Below, piece by piece: positions 29,845 through 39,101 of a stretch of 64,000 bases of DNA (position 1 is its first letter; every line of letters starts with the position of its first letter). The DNA is from an uncultured Planctomycetota bacterium (lineage in GTDB: Bacteria > Planctomycetota > PLA2 > JAEUHO01). The position numbers and the translations under genes are program-made. The stretch is from NCBI GenBank assembly GCA_963752285.1, contig CAVVXN010000002.1, forward strand, positions 224,001 to 288,000. The letters are read 5' to 3'. The notes under the pieces were generated by a model. The model searched no databases, was not told the DNA's origin, and worked only from the letters and a program-made list of their open reading frames with translations.

Positions 29845-32157
29845 TCAGACGCCGACGCCGATCCTCGGCGCGTCGAGGTGCGCGTCCTCGGGAGCCGGGC
29901 GGTCCGCTCTCGGTGCGCTCTCGAACGACCATCCGGTCTTGAGCCCGAGCACGAACCACACGAAGCCCGCGACCCCGGCGAGGAACGTGGTGTCGCCGAT
30001 CATGCGGAGCCAGCGCAGGCTCACGATCAGCGGCTGCTGGAGGAAGTCGGCGGACCGCGCGTACCAGAGGCCCGTTTCGATGCTCGCGTGCGCCTGGAGG
30101 ATCCCGATCGGCAGGAGCGAGAGCCCGATCATCAGCGCGAGGCCGACGTTCAGGGCCCAGAACGAGAAGCGGAGCGCGCCCGTGCGCCACGTCCCCTCCG
30201 GCCGGAGCCGGCGCAGCACGATCAGGGTCAACCCGAGCGCGAGGAGCCCGTACACGCCGAAGAGCGCCGCGTGGCCGTGGACCGGGGTCGTGTTGAGGCC
30301 CTGCATGTAGTAGAGGGCGATCGGCGGGTTGATGAGGAACCCGAAGAGACCGGCGCCCACGAGGTTCCAGAACGCGACCGCGACGAAGCAGCGTAGCGGC
30401 CAGCGGTAGCGCTGCATCCAGGGGGCCTGACGCCCCCGCCGGATCGTCTCCCACGCCTCGCGGCCGATCAGCACCAGGGGCACCACCTCCAGCGCGCTGA
30501 ACGTGGCGCCGATGGCCATCACGCCGACCGGGGTGCCGGCGAAGTAGAGGTGATGGAAGGTCCCGGGAATGCCGCCGAGGAGGAAGATCGCGGTCGAGTA
30601 CAGGACGCCGCGCGTCGCGGTCGAGGCGCGGATCAGGCCGAAGCGCTGGAAGAGGAACGCGATGGCGGCCGTGGCGAAGACCTCCATGAAGCCCTCGACC
30701 CACAGGTGCACGACCCACCAGCGCCAGTACTCCATCACCGTCAGGTGCGTGCGCGCGCCGTAGAGGAGGCCCGCGCCGTAGAAGAGGCCGATGGCGCCGG
30801 CGGACCCGGCGAACAGCAGGACGAGAGGACGCCGGCTCGAGCGCTCGCGGAGCGCGGGCCACAGCCCACGGAGGGTGAGGACGAGCCAGAGGAGGAGCCC
30901 GACGTAGAGCAGCACCTGCCAGAAGCGGCCGAGATCCACGTACTCGTAGCCCTGGTGCCCGAACCAGAACGTGGCGCCCGTGCCCAGCTTCTGCTGCACC
31001 GCGAACCACTCGCCCGCGAGCGAGCCGCCGACGACCAGGAGGAGCGCGCCGAAGAGGACGTTCACGCCGAGGCGCTGGAACCGCGGCTCTCGGCCGCCCA
31101 CCGCGGGCGCGAGGAAGAGACCCACTGCGAGGAACGCGGTCGCGATCCAGAACACGCCCGTCTGGATGTGCCACGTGCGCGTGACCGCGTACGGGAGGAT
31201 CTTGAAGAGGGGGAGGCCGAAGAAGCCGTCTCCCTCGACCGTGTAGTGCGCGGTGAGCGCGCCGAGCATCACCTGCACCACGAAGAGACCGACCACGGCG
31301 ACGCAGAACTTCCCGACGGCCCGCATCGAGGGGGTCAGGCGGATCTGGTCGAGCGGGTCCTTGGGCGCGGGAAGCGGGTCGTTCTCGGCCTTCCGGCGTC
31401 CCGCCTCGTACCAGACGAGCGTGCCGACGCCGCCGAGGAGCACGACGATGCTGACGATCGACCACAGCACGTTGGCCCCGCTCGGCTGGTTTTCGACGAG
31501 GGGCTCGTGCGGCCAGTTGTTGGTGTACGTGACCGCGCTGTCCGGACGCGCGGTGGTGCAGGCCCACGCGGTCCAGAAGAAGAACCGCGTCATGGCCTCG
31601 CGCCGCGGCAGGTCGGGGATCGCGTCCGTCTGGAGCGCGTACGCGCTCCGCAGGGAGGCGAGGGACGGGTCGTCGCCGAAGAGCGCGAGGTAGTGCGCGC
31701 CGACCTGCTCGACGGCGGCGGCGCGGTCCTTCGAGATCACGAGATCGCCCGTCTTCGGGTCGTACCGGTTGGTCCGCATCTCCCGGACGAGGCGCGCGCG
31801 AAGCGCGGCCTGCGTCTCGGCGTCGAGCGCGTCGTACGAGACGCCGTGCTCCCGCCGGCTCCAGAGGTCGAGGAGCGCGACGGACTCGCGATGCAGCCAG
31901 TCTGCGGACCAGTCCGGCGCCTGGTAGGCGCCGTGCCCCCAGATCGAGCCGACCTGCTGGCCGCCCATGCTCTGCCAGGCCTGCTGGCCGTCGAGGATCA
32001 CGCTCCTCGTCGCGAGCGGGGTCTCGCTGCCCTCCACGAGGACGCGCGCGGGGATCGGGGGCGCCTGGCGGTAGACCTCGTGTCCGAAGAACCCGAGGAT
32101 CCCGAAGCTGACGAGGAGGACGAGGGCGAGTACGAGCCAGAGCCTCCGGTGGGACAC
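29845..32157 (-). CDS. norB: Quinol-dependent nitric oxide reductase (qNOR)
   Basis: GSIWGHGAYQAPDWSADWLHRE, TNNWPHEP, RTWHIQ, WWVVHLWVEGFMEVF, GTFHHLY, SALEVVP, HGHAALFGVYG; AAAGGAGGT RBS before the GTG. Confidence 0.96.
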   Translation of the reverse strand: MSHRRLWLVLALVLLVSFGILGFFGHEVYRQAPPIPARVLVEGSETPLATRSVILDGQQAWQSMGGQQVGSIWGHGAYQAPDWSADWLHRESVALLDLWSRREHGVSYDALDAETQAALRARLVREMRTNRYDPKTGDLVISKDRAAAVEQVGAHYLALFGDDPSLASLRSAYALQTDAIPDLPRREAMTRFFFWTAWACTTARPDSAVTYTNNWPHEPLVENQPSGANVLWSIVSIVVLLGGVGTLVWYEAGRRKAENDPLPAPKDPLDQIRLTPSMRAVGKFCVAVVGLFVVQVMLGALTAHYTVEGDGFFGLPLFKILPYAVTRTWHIQTGVFWIATAFLAVGLFLAPAVGGREPRFQRLGVNVLFGALLLVVGGSLAGEWFAVQQKLGTGATFWFGHQGYEYVDLGRFWQVLLYVGLLLWLVLTLRGLWPALRERSSRRPLVLLFAGSAGAIGLFYGAGLLYGARTHLTVMEYWRWWVVHLWVEGFMEVFATAAIAFLFQRFGLIRASTATRGVLYSTAIFLLGGIPGTFHHLYFAGTPVGVMAIGATFSALEVVPLVLIGREAWETIRRGRQAPWMQRYRWPLRCFVAVAFWNLVGAGLFGFLINPPIALYYMQGLNTTPVHGHAALFGVYGLLALGLTLIVLRRLRPEGTWRTGALRFSFWALNVGLALMIGLSLLPIGILQAHASIETGLWYARSADFLQQPLIVSLRWLRMIGDTTFLAGVAGFVWFVLGLKTGWSFESAPRADRPAPEDAHLDAPRIGVGV

Positions 32158-32186
32158 GAGAGACCTCCTTTCGCGGGGGGACCGGC

Positions 32187-32846
32187 TCAGGCGCCGAGCG
32201 CGCGGGGGAAGAGGACGTTGTTCTCGATCCCGGCGTGCTCGAGGAGCTCGCGCTCCACGCGCTCGAGGTCGAAGTAGAGCGCGCGCCAGCTCGTGCACGC
32301 GTCGTCCGGAGCCGCGAGGCCGCCGGTGAGCTCGCGGGTGGCGGCGAGGTCCGCCGCCATCTCCTCGTGCTCGAGCTCCATCACCTGGATGGGCCCGGGG
32401 AGCATGGCGGTCCGCTCCGACCGGATCAGCGGGAAGAGGATCTGCTCCTCCTTCAGCATGTGCATCTGGAGGAGCTCCCACATGCGGGTCAGGTGCGCCG
32501 CGAGGCCCGTCGGGCAGCCCGGCTTGCCGGCGTGCCGCGACTCGACCTTCTCGGCGAGCCGGATGAGCTCGGGGAAGTCGCGCCGGTGCGCCACGTGGTA
32601 GCGCTCGTAGATCTCGTCCAGCACGAGCGGCAGCGCCAGGTCGTTCCACGGGACGACGGCGTCGGCGGTGCGGCTCGACTCGATCTCGCAGAGGACCGCC
32701 GCCGGGTCGAGGCCGCGCTCCTTCGAGGCCGCGGCGAGCGTCCGTCTCCCGCCGCAGCAGAAGTCGAGGCCGTGGCGCTGGAGGACGCGCGCGGCGCCGG
32801 GGATCTCGGTGGCGAGCTGGTGGAGCGGGGTGTCGATCTGGGCCAT
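32187..32846 (-). CDS. ytfE: Di-iron hemerythrin-like RIC/YtfE (NorA) protein
   Basis: LDFCCGG, RYHVAHR, HMLKEEQILFP, MELEHE, ACTSWRALY, HAGIENNVLFP. Confidence 0.95.
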   Translation of the reverse strand: MAQIDTPLHQLATEIPGAARVLQRHGLDFCCGGRRTLAAASKERGLDPAAVLCEIESSRTADAVVPWNDLALPLVLDEIYERYHVAHRRDFPELIRLAEKVESRHAGKPGCPTGLAAHLTRMWELLQMHMLKEEQILFPLIRSERTAMLPGPIQVMELEHEEMAADLAATRELTGGLAAPDDACTSWRALYFDLERVERELLEHAGIENNVLFPRALGA

Positions 32847-32877
32847 GGGAGCCTCCTCGAGAGATGAGGAGCCCAGA

Positions 32878-32892
32878 GCACGGCGCGATCCA
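32878..32892 (-). promoter_or_regulatory. Sigma54 -24/-12 promoter for ytfE-norB
   Basis: Minus strand TGGATCGCGCCGTGC = GG-N10-GC, about 30 nt upstream of ytfE and divergent from norR. Confidence 0.7.
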
Positions 32893-32932
32893 ACGACGTA
32901 AGTCGTTTCTACAAAACGAATTGCGACACGGA

Positions 32933-32991
32933 GTAGATGAATATACAACGAGTGTCGCGTTGTTAGAATCACACGTCGATATGAAAACGAC
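32933..32991. promoter_or_regulatory. Three NorR-type binding sites
   Basis: GTAGA-TGAATAT-ACAAC (32933), GTTGT-TAGAATC-ACACG (32959), GTCGA-TATGAAA-ACGAC (32975); G(T/A)-N7-AC cores in an AT-rich spacer. Confidence 0.65.
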
Positions 32992-34573
32992 AACCCCTGA
33001 CGCCCTCGACCGGCTCCTCGAGATCGCGGTGGACCTGAACCTCTCCATCGCGGCCCGGGACCGCTACCGGCGCCTCGTGGACGCGGTCCGACGGGTCATC
33101 CCCTGCGACGCCGCGGTGCTCTTCCGCCGCGAGGGCGGCGTCCTCGTGCCGCTGGCCGCGCACGGCGTGCGGGCCGAGACCCTGGGGCTCCGCTTCCGGC
33201 GCTCGGAACACCCGCGGCTCGAGATCATCTGCCAGGGCGACGGCCCGACCCGCTTCCCTCCCGACTCGCCGCTCCCCGACCCCTTCGACGGCCTCCTGGA
33301 GAGCGACGCGCACGGGCTCGACCGGATCCACGCCTGCCTGGGCTGCCCGCTCCGGGTGGAGGGCGAGCTCGTGGGCGCGCTCACCGTGGACGCGCTCTCG
33401 CCTACGGCGTTCGACGGCGTCGACGACCGTGTCCTCTCGCTCCTCGCCGCCCTCGCGGGCGCCGCCATGCGCACCGCGAGACTGATCGAGGCCCTCGAGC
33501 ACGAAGCCACGCGGCAGGAGCGCGTGCTCCAGGACCTGAAGCGCGACGTCGAGCAGAGCCGCGGCGGAGAGCTCGTCGGCGAGAGCGAGGTCCTTCGTCG
33601 TCTCCGCGACGAGATCCGGCTCGTCGGGCGCTCCGACCTCACGGTGCTCGTGACGGGCGAGACCGGCGTCGGCAAGGAGCTCGTGGCCCGCGGCCTCCAC
33701 ACGGCGTCGTCCCGCGCGGAGCGGCCGCTGCTCTACCTCAACTGCGCCGCGCTCCCCGCCGCGGTCGCGGAGAGCGAGCTCTTCGGGCACGTGCGCGGGG
33801 CCTTCACCGGGGCCGAGCGCGACCGGCCCGGCAAGTTCGAGGTCGCGGACGGCGGTACGCTCTTCCTCGACGAGGTCGGCGAGCTGCCTCTCGAGCTCCA
33901 GCCGAAGCTCTTGCGCGTGCTCCAGCACGGCGAGATCCAGCGCGTCGGCGCCGACCGCGTCCTCCACGTGGACGTGCGCGTCGTCGCCGCCACGAATCGC
34001 GACCTCGAGGCCGAGGTCCGCGCGGGGCGGTTCCGTTCCGACCTCTTCCATCGTCTCGACGGGTACCGCATCCGCGTGCCCGCGCTCCGCGAACACGCCG
34101 AGGACGTGCCGGTGCTCTCCGGGTTCTTCGGGGACCGCGCGCGGCGGCGTCTGGGACTCGGCCCCGTGCTGACCTCGCCCGACGTCCGCTTCGCGCTCGC
34201 GTCGTACCCCTGGCCGGGCAACGTCCGCGAGCTCGAGAACGTGATCTCGCGCGCGATCCTCCGGGCCTCCGCACGTGTACCGCGCGGCGGGGCGATCCGG
34301 ATCGAGCGAGGGGACCTCGGACGCGACTTCGCGACGGACGCGGCCGGGGCGCCCCCGCCGGCCCCCGCGGCGAGCGGCCCACGACAGCCGGCCGGCCGGA
34401 CCCTGCGCCAGGCCGTCGAGGACCTGCAGCGGGACCTCGTGCTCGCCGCGGTCCGTGAGCACGACGGGAGCTGGGCCGCCGCGGCCCGCGCGCTCGGGAT
34501 GCACCGGAGCAACCTCCACCACCTCGCCACGCGCCTGGGCCTCAGGGCCTCGCGCCGCCGCGCCACCTCGTAG
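32981..34573 (+). CDS. norR: NO-responsive sigma54 activator NorR
   Basis: GAF with [20 protein letters not shown] and LTVD iron-ligand motifs; [17 protein letters not shown]; divergent from ytfE-norB. Confidence 0.95.
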   Translation: MKTTTPDALDRLLEIAVDLNLSIAARDRYRRLVDAVRRVIPCDAAVLFRREGGVLVPLAAHGVRAETLGLRFRRSEHPRLEIICQGDGPTRFPPDSPLPDPFDGLLESDAHGLDRIHACLGCPLRVEGELVGALTVDALSPTAFDGVDDRVLSLLAALAGAAMRTARLIEALEHEATRQERVLQDLKRDVEQSRGGELVGESEVLRRLRDEIRLVGRSDLTVLVTGETGVGKELVARGLHTASSRAERPLLYLNCAALPAAVAESELFGHVRGAFTGAERDRPGKFEVADGGTLFLDEVGELPLELQPKLLRVLQHGEIQRVGADRVLHVDVRVVAATNRDLEAEVRAGRFRSDLFHRLDGYRIRVPALREHAEDVPVLSGFFGDRARRRLGLGPVLTSPDVRFALASYPWPGNVRELENVISRAILRASARVPRGGAIRIERGDLGRDFATDAAGAPPPAPAASGPRQPAGRTLRQAVEDLQRDLVLAAVREHDGSWAAAARALGMHRSNLHHLATRLGLRASRRRATS

Positions 34574-34628
34574 GGAGCGCGCGGCCCCGGTCCTTGGAGC
34601 GGCGTTGGCGCTCGGGCACCATGGCGCG

Positions 34629-35510
34629 GTGAGCTCCACCACGTCGAAGGACCTTCGTCGGGACTACGAGGTGCCGACCGCCATCGGCCTCTGCGCGGAC
34701 GCGCGCGAGGTCCTCGCGTTCCTTCCCGGCTACGAGGTGGCCGTGCGCGAGGTCGCGGCGCATCCCGGCGCCCTCCCGAAGAGCGAGCTCGGGGGGCGTC
34801 GCCGCCTCGCCCGGCTCGAGATGCCCGGGGGAAGCCTCCTCGTTCGCGAGTACGGGAAGGGGGGGCTGCTTCGTCGCGTGCGAGGGCCGGCGATGCACGG
34901 CCGGCTTCGACCCCTCGACGAGCTGGTGCTGCACCGCCGGCTCGCGGCGCTGGGGGTGGCCGTCGCCGACGCCGTGGCCTCCGTCGTCCTTCGCGGCGCG
35001 TTCGGATGGCGCGGCTACCTCCTCCTCGAGGAGGTGCAGGGCGCGTCGGACCTCGAGGCGTGGCTCTACGGCGCCTCGGCGCCGGCGCGCCTCCCGCGGA
35101 CCCAGGTCCTCCTGACCGCCGGGCAGAGCGTGCGCCGTCTCCACGACGCGGGCGTCGCGCACCCCGACCTCCATCCAAAGAACCTGCTCCTCACGCCGGC
35201 CGGCGAGGTCCTCGTGCTCGACCTCGACAAGGCGAGACCCGCGGCGGGCCGTCTCTCCGACGCGGCGCGACTGCAAAACCTCGTCCGCCTCGGTCGGGCG
35301 ATCGAGAAGCACCGCCTGAAGGGCCTGCGCGCCTCCCCGCGCGACGCGCTCCGCTTCCTCGAGGGCTACGCCGGCAGCCGGGCGGCCGCGCGGGCCTGGT
35401 ACACGGGCATCCGGTCGCGACTGCGGCGCGGTCTGAGGCTGCGGGTGCTCTGGTGGCGGCTCCTCGGCGAGGCGCGCCCGTGGCAGGGCGCCGCCGCGGG
35501 GTCGGCGTGA
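34629..35510 (+). CDS. Kdo/WaaP-family LPS sugar kinase (KdkA-like)
   Basis: [44 protein letters not shown]. Confidence 0.82.
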   Translation: MSSTTSKDLRRDYEVPTAIGLCADAREVLAFLPGYEVAVREVAAHPGALPKSELGGRRRLARLEMPGGSLLVREYGKGGLLRRVRGPAMHGRLRPLDELVLHRRLAALGVAVADAVASVVLRGAFGWRGYLLLEEVQGASDLEAWLYGASAPARLPRTQVLLTAGQSVRRLHDAGVAHPDLHPKNLLLTPAGEVLVLDLDKARPAAGRLSDAARLQNLVRLGRAIEKHRLKGLRASPRDALRFLEGYAGSRAAARAWYTGIRSRLRRGLRLRVLWWRLLGEARPWQGAAAGSA

Positions 35511-36283
35511 AGCTCACGGCGGCGATCATCGCGAAGGACGAGGCGGACCGGATCGGCCCGTGTCTCGAGAGCCTCGCGTTCGCCGACGAGATCGTCGTCC
35601 TCGACTCGGGGAGCGCGGACGACACCGTGGCGGTGTGCCGCGCCCACGGCGCGCGCGTGATCGAGACCGACTGGCCGGGCTGGGTGAAGCAGAAGCGCCG
35701 CGCGGTCGAGGCGGCGTCGAACGACTGGGTCCTGTCCCTCGACGCGGACGAGCGCGTGGACGACGAGCTCTGCGCCGTGATCCTCGACCTCGCGCGCGCC
35801 CGTCCGGGCGAGGCGGCGGACGGCCCCGCGGCCTACGAGATGACGCGTCAGACGCGCTACCTGGGCCGGTGGATCCGACACGGCGGGTGGTTTCCCGAGT
35901 GGCGCGTGCGGCTGTTCGACCGCCGTCGCGCCCGGTGGGGCGGCGTAGACCCCCACGACCGCGTGGAGGTCAGCGGTCCCGTCGAGCGGATCCGGCACGG
36001 GAAGATCCTGCACCACTCGTTTCGCTCGCTCGCCGACCACGTTCGCCAGGTGAACCGCTTCACGAGCGTCTCCGCCGACGAGATGCTCGCGCGCGGGCGG
36101 CGGCCCGGCGTGCTCTCGATGCTCGTGCGCCCGCCGTACCACGCGTTCCGGATGTACGTGTTGCGCCTCGGCTTCCTCGACGGTTGGCCCGGGTTCGTCG
36201 CCGCAGGCATGAACGGGTGGTACGTCTTCCTCAAGTACGCGAAGGCGTGGGAGCGCGGACGAGCGGGAGCGCGGGCCTCGTGA
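35507..36283 (+). CDS. GT2 glycosyltransferase (WaaE/KdtX-like, LPS core)
   Basis: IIAKDEADRI, LDSGSADDT, WVLSLDADE, IRHGGWFP, LGFLDG. Confidence 0.9.
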   Translation: MKLTAAIIAKDEADRIGPCLESLAFADEIVVLDSGSADDTVAVCRAHGARVIETDWPGWVKQKRRAVEAASNDWVLSLDADERVDDELCAVILDLARARPGEAADGPAAYEMTRQTRYLGRWIRHGGWFPEWRVRLFDRRRARWGGVDPHDRVEVSGPVERIRHGKILHHSFRSLADHVRQVNRFTSVSADEMLARGRRPGVLSMLVRPPYHAFRMYVLRLGFLDGWPGFVAAGMNGWYVFLKYAKAWERGRAGARAS

Positions 36284-37863
36284 GCGAGACCTCGGCTCCG
36301 CAGCCCTTCGCCGTCGGCCCGTGGCGGGGGCTCGCCGTCCCCGAGGTCGAGTCCGTCGTCCGGGACCTCGTGGCGCGGGGGCCCGAGGCGGTCGCGCGCG
36401 CGGGCACGGTCCTGCGCGAGAGCCGCTACCGCGTCACCGCGCGCGTCGAGACGGCCGTCGGCCCGTTGCTCCTGAAGGCCCACCGCGTCCGCCGCCGCGG
36501 CGAGTCGTGGGGAAGCCTCGTCCGCCGGTCGCGGGCGCGCGCGGAGTGGGACGCCGCGTGGACGCTCGCCGCCCGCGGCGTTCGCGCGCCGGCCGCGCTC
36601 GCGTTCGGGGAGCGCCGGCGCGGGGGACGGCTCCGGGAGGCGTTCCTCCTCACGTCGTATCTCGCCGAGCACGCGCCGTTCCGGCGCGCGTTCGCCGAGG
36701 CGCGGATCGCGCGCCGCGGCGACCTGGCGCGCGCCGTCGGGCGGTTCGTCCGCCGGATGCACGACGCGGGCTTCGACCACCGGGACCTCCACGCGGAGAA
36801 CCTGCTCGTCGGACCGTTCGGCGCGGGCGACCTGGTCGTCGTGGACCTGCACCGCCACCGCGTCGGCGGGCCGGTCCCGCCGCGGGCGCGCGTCCGCGCC
36901 TTGGGCCGCCTCCTCCACGACCTCGGGCCGCTGCTCGGGCCCGGCGGGCGCTTCCGCATGCTGGTCTCGTACGCGGGCGCGGACGGCCGCGCCGCCGCGC
37001 GCCGCCTCGCGCGGGGCGCCGCGCGCGAGGGGGCGCGGATCGAGCGGGTCCGCGTGAAGAGCCGCGCGAAACGGTGCTTCCTCGAGAGCACCGTGTACAC
37101 GCGGGACGTCGGACGTCGTACGGGCGCGCGGCGACGCGACCTCCCCCTCGACCGCCTCGAACGGGCGCTGCGGGAGCACGAGGAGGCGATCGCGCGCCGG
37201 GACGACCGCGTGGTGAAGGTCGGACGCAAGTCGCGCCTCACGCGGCACGGCGACGTCGTCGTGAAGGAGACGTTCCCCGCCGGGCTCGTCGGGCGCGCGA
37301 AGGACCTCCTCGCGCCGCGGCGCCGCCGAGCCGGCTACCAAAACGCCCATCTCCTCACGGTTCTCGGCGTGGACACCGCGCGGCCGCTCGCGTGGGTCCA
37401 CGAACGAGGCCGCGACTACGTGCTCTACGACGACCTCACCTCGCGTCCCCGCCTCGACGTCCTCGCGCGCGAGCGCTACCTCGGCCGCGACCGCGCGGTC
37501 CAGGTCCGACTCCGCGACGCCTCGGCCGCGTGGATCGCGTCCCTCCACGCGCGCGGCGTGTACCACGGCGACCTGAAGGGCGTGAACGTGCGCGTCGCTG
37601 AGGACGGCGCGTCTCTCCGCTTCTTCCTGGTGGACACCGACCGCGTGCGCCGCTTCGCGCATCCCGTGGACCGCCGCCGCCGCGTGAAGAACCTCGCGCA
37701 GCTCGCGGCGTCGATCGCCGTGGTTGTGACCCGCACGGAGCGACTGCGCTGGTATCGCCGCTACGCCGCGCGCGTGCCTCCGGCGGAAGAGCGCGAGACG
37801 GCCCGCGAGGTCGCCCGCGCGCTCGCGCCGAAGATCCTGGTCGTAGACGAGCCCCTGGAGTGA
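36280..37863 (+). CDS. LPS kinase with two tandem Kdo/WaaP-family domains
   Basis: HDAGFDHRDLHAENLL...VDLH and HARGVYHGDLKGVNV...VDTD, KNLAQL. Confidence 0.8.
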   Translation: MSETSAPQPFAVGPWRGLAVPEVESVVRDLVARGPEAVARAGTVLRESRYRVTARVETAVGPLLLKAHRVRRRGESWGSLVRRSRARAEWDAAWTLAARGVRAPAALAFGERRRGGRLREAFLLTSYLAEHAPFRRAFAEARIARRGDLARAVGRFVRRMHDAGFDHRDLHAENLLVGPFGAGDLVVVDLHRHRVGGPVPPRARVRALGRLLHDLGPLLGPGGRFRMLVSYAGADGRAAARRLARGAAREGARIERVRVKSRAKRCFLESTVYTRDVGRRTGARRRDLPLDRLERALREHEEAIARRDDRVVKVGRKSRLTRHGDVVVKETFPAGLVGRAKDLLAPRRRRAGYQNAHLLTVLGVDTARPLAWVHERGRDYVLYDDLTSRPRLDVLARERYLGRDRAVQVRLRDASAAWIASLHARGVYHGDLKGVNVRVAEDGASLRFFLVDTDRVRRFAHPVDRRRRVKNLAQLAASIAVVVTRTERLRWYRRYAARVPPAEERETAREVARALAPKILVVDEPLE

Positions 37864-37866
37864 CGC

Positions 37867-39030
37867 GTGCGCTTCCTGTGGACGATCAGCAACTGGAAGC
37901 ACACGGGGCCCGTCGAGCCGAGCCTGGACCTCGCTCGGGCGGTGGCCGACGCCGGGAACGACGTCCGCGTCGAGGTGGGACGCCCGCCGTCGTGGGAGGG
38001 CCCCGAGGCGGGTGTGCTCCGCGACGCGCGATCGCTCCCGGCGGCCGGGGTGGGCGCGCGCCTGGCCAAGCACGCGTTCTTCTGGCGGGACCGACCCGAC
38101 CGGCGGCGGCTCGCGCGGTGGCTGCGGGCGTTTTCCCCGGACCATCTCGTCGCGACGCTCGCGAACGACCATCGCCTCCTCCTCGCCGCGCGCCGCGGCG
38201 CGGGCCGCGCCCCGGTGACGCGGCTCTGGTTCGCGGACGGCGAGTCCGACCCTCCGCCGCGCGAGCGCGTGTCCCTCCTCGCGTCGGAGCGCGTCGTCGT
38301 GTTCGGGGACGCGCCGGCGGCGCGCCTGCGGATGCTGGGGGTGGACGCCGCGCGGGTCGTCCGCCTCGACCCGCCGCTCGACGTGGACCGGGTCCGCGCG
38401 CGGGTCGCCGACGTCCCGGCGGCGCGGCGCGCGCTCGGCGTGCCCGACGACGCGTTCCTCGTCGGGATCGTCGCGCGGATCCAGCCCCACCGCCGCTGGG
38501 AGGTGCTCTGGGCGGCGGTGTCGGCGCTCGACCGCGAGGGCCTGCCCTTCGTGGTCGTCGTGCTCGGCCGCGGCACGCGCGCGGAAGAGGTCGGGCGCGC
38601 GCCCGTGCGCGAGGCGGGCCTCGACCATCGCGTCCGATTCGCCGGGTACCTGCAGGGCGAAGCGTACGCGTCGGCCCTCGCCGCGTTCGACGCGCAGGTC
38701 CTGCTCGTGCCGGGGAGCGATCCCACCTGCCGCGCCCTCCGCGAGGGGATGGCGCTGGGCGTGCCGTCGATCGCGACGCGCCGCGGCCTCCTGCCGTCGA
38801 TCGTGGAGCACGAGACGACCGGGCTCCTCGTACAGGACGCGCCCGCGGACCTCGCGCAGGCGATCCGACGCCTCGCGGGCGATCGCGACCTCGCCCGTCG
38901 CCTCGGCGAGAGCGCGCACGCCTCCGCGAAGGAACGCTTCGACGCCCGCCGCGTCGCCGCCCGTCTCCTCGCCGCCCTGCCGCCCCCCGTCGGGCCGCGT
39001 CCGCTCGGGCCGCTGCCGGGAGACCGGTGA
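37867..39030 (+). CDS. GT4 glycosyltransferase
   Basis: VGIVARIQPHRR, VRFAGY, CRALREGMALGVPSIAT, IVEHETTGLLV. Confidence 0.85.
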   Translation: MRFLWTISNWKHTGPVEPSLDLARAVADAGNDVRVEVGRPPSWEGPEAGVLRDARSLPAAGVGARLAKHAFFWRDRPDRRRLARWLRAFSPDHLVATLANDHRLLLAARRGAGRAPVTRLWFADGESDPPPRERVSLLASERVVVFGDAPAARLRMLGVDAARVVRLDPPLDVDRVRARVADVPAARRALGVPDDAFLVGIVARIQPHRRWEVLWAAVSALDREGLPFVVVVLGRGTRAEEVGRAPVREAGLDHRVRFAGYLQGEAYASALAAFDAQVLLVPGSDPTCRALREGMALGVPSIATRRGLLPSIVEHETTGLLVQDAPADLAQAIRRLAGDRDLARRLGESAHASAKERFDARRVAARLLAALPPPVGPRPLGPLPGDR

Positions 39031-39101
39031 CCCCCCGGTCCGCGTGCTCGGCACGATTCTCGGGATCGAACCGACCGGCCGCACGGACCCCGTGTGGCGG
39101 C

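Noticed and set aside
29845..32157. Possible NO dismutase (Nod) rather than qNOR
   Set aside because: The canonical qNOR residues (HLWVEG, downstream Glu, HH, SALE, HGH) are all present; the Nod-type substitutions are not seen.
29845..33048. Apparent 1067-aa extended qNOR ORF
   Set aside because: The extension overlaps ytfE in another frame; a strong RBS supports the GTG at 32157.
29798..34628. nor cluster as a genomic island
   Set aside because: No integrase, tRNA, flanking direct repeats or obvious compositional shift, apart from the AT-rich regulatory spacer.
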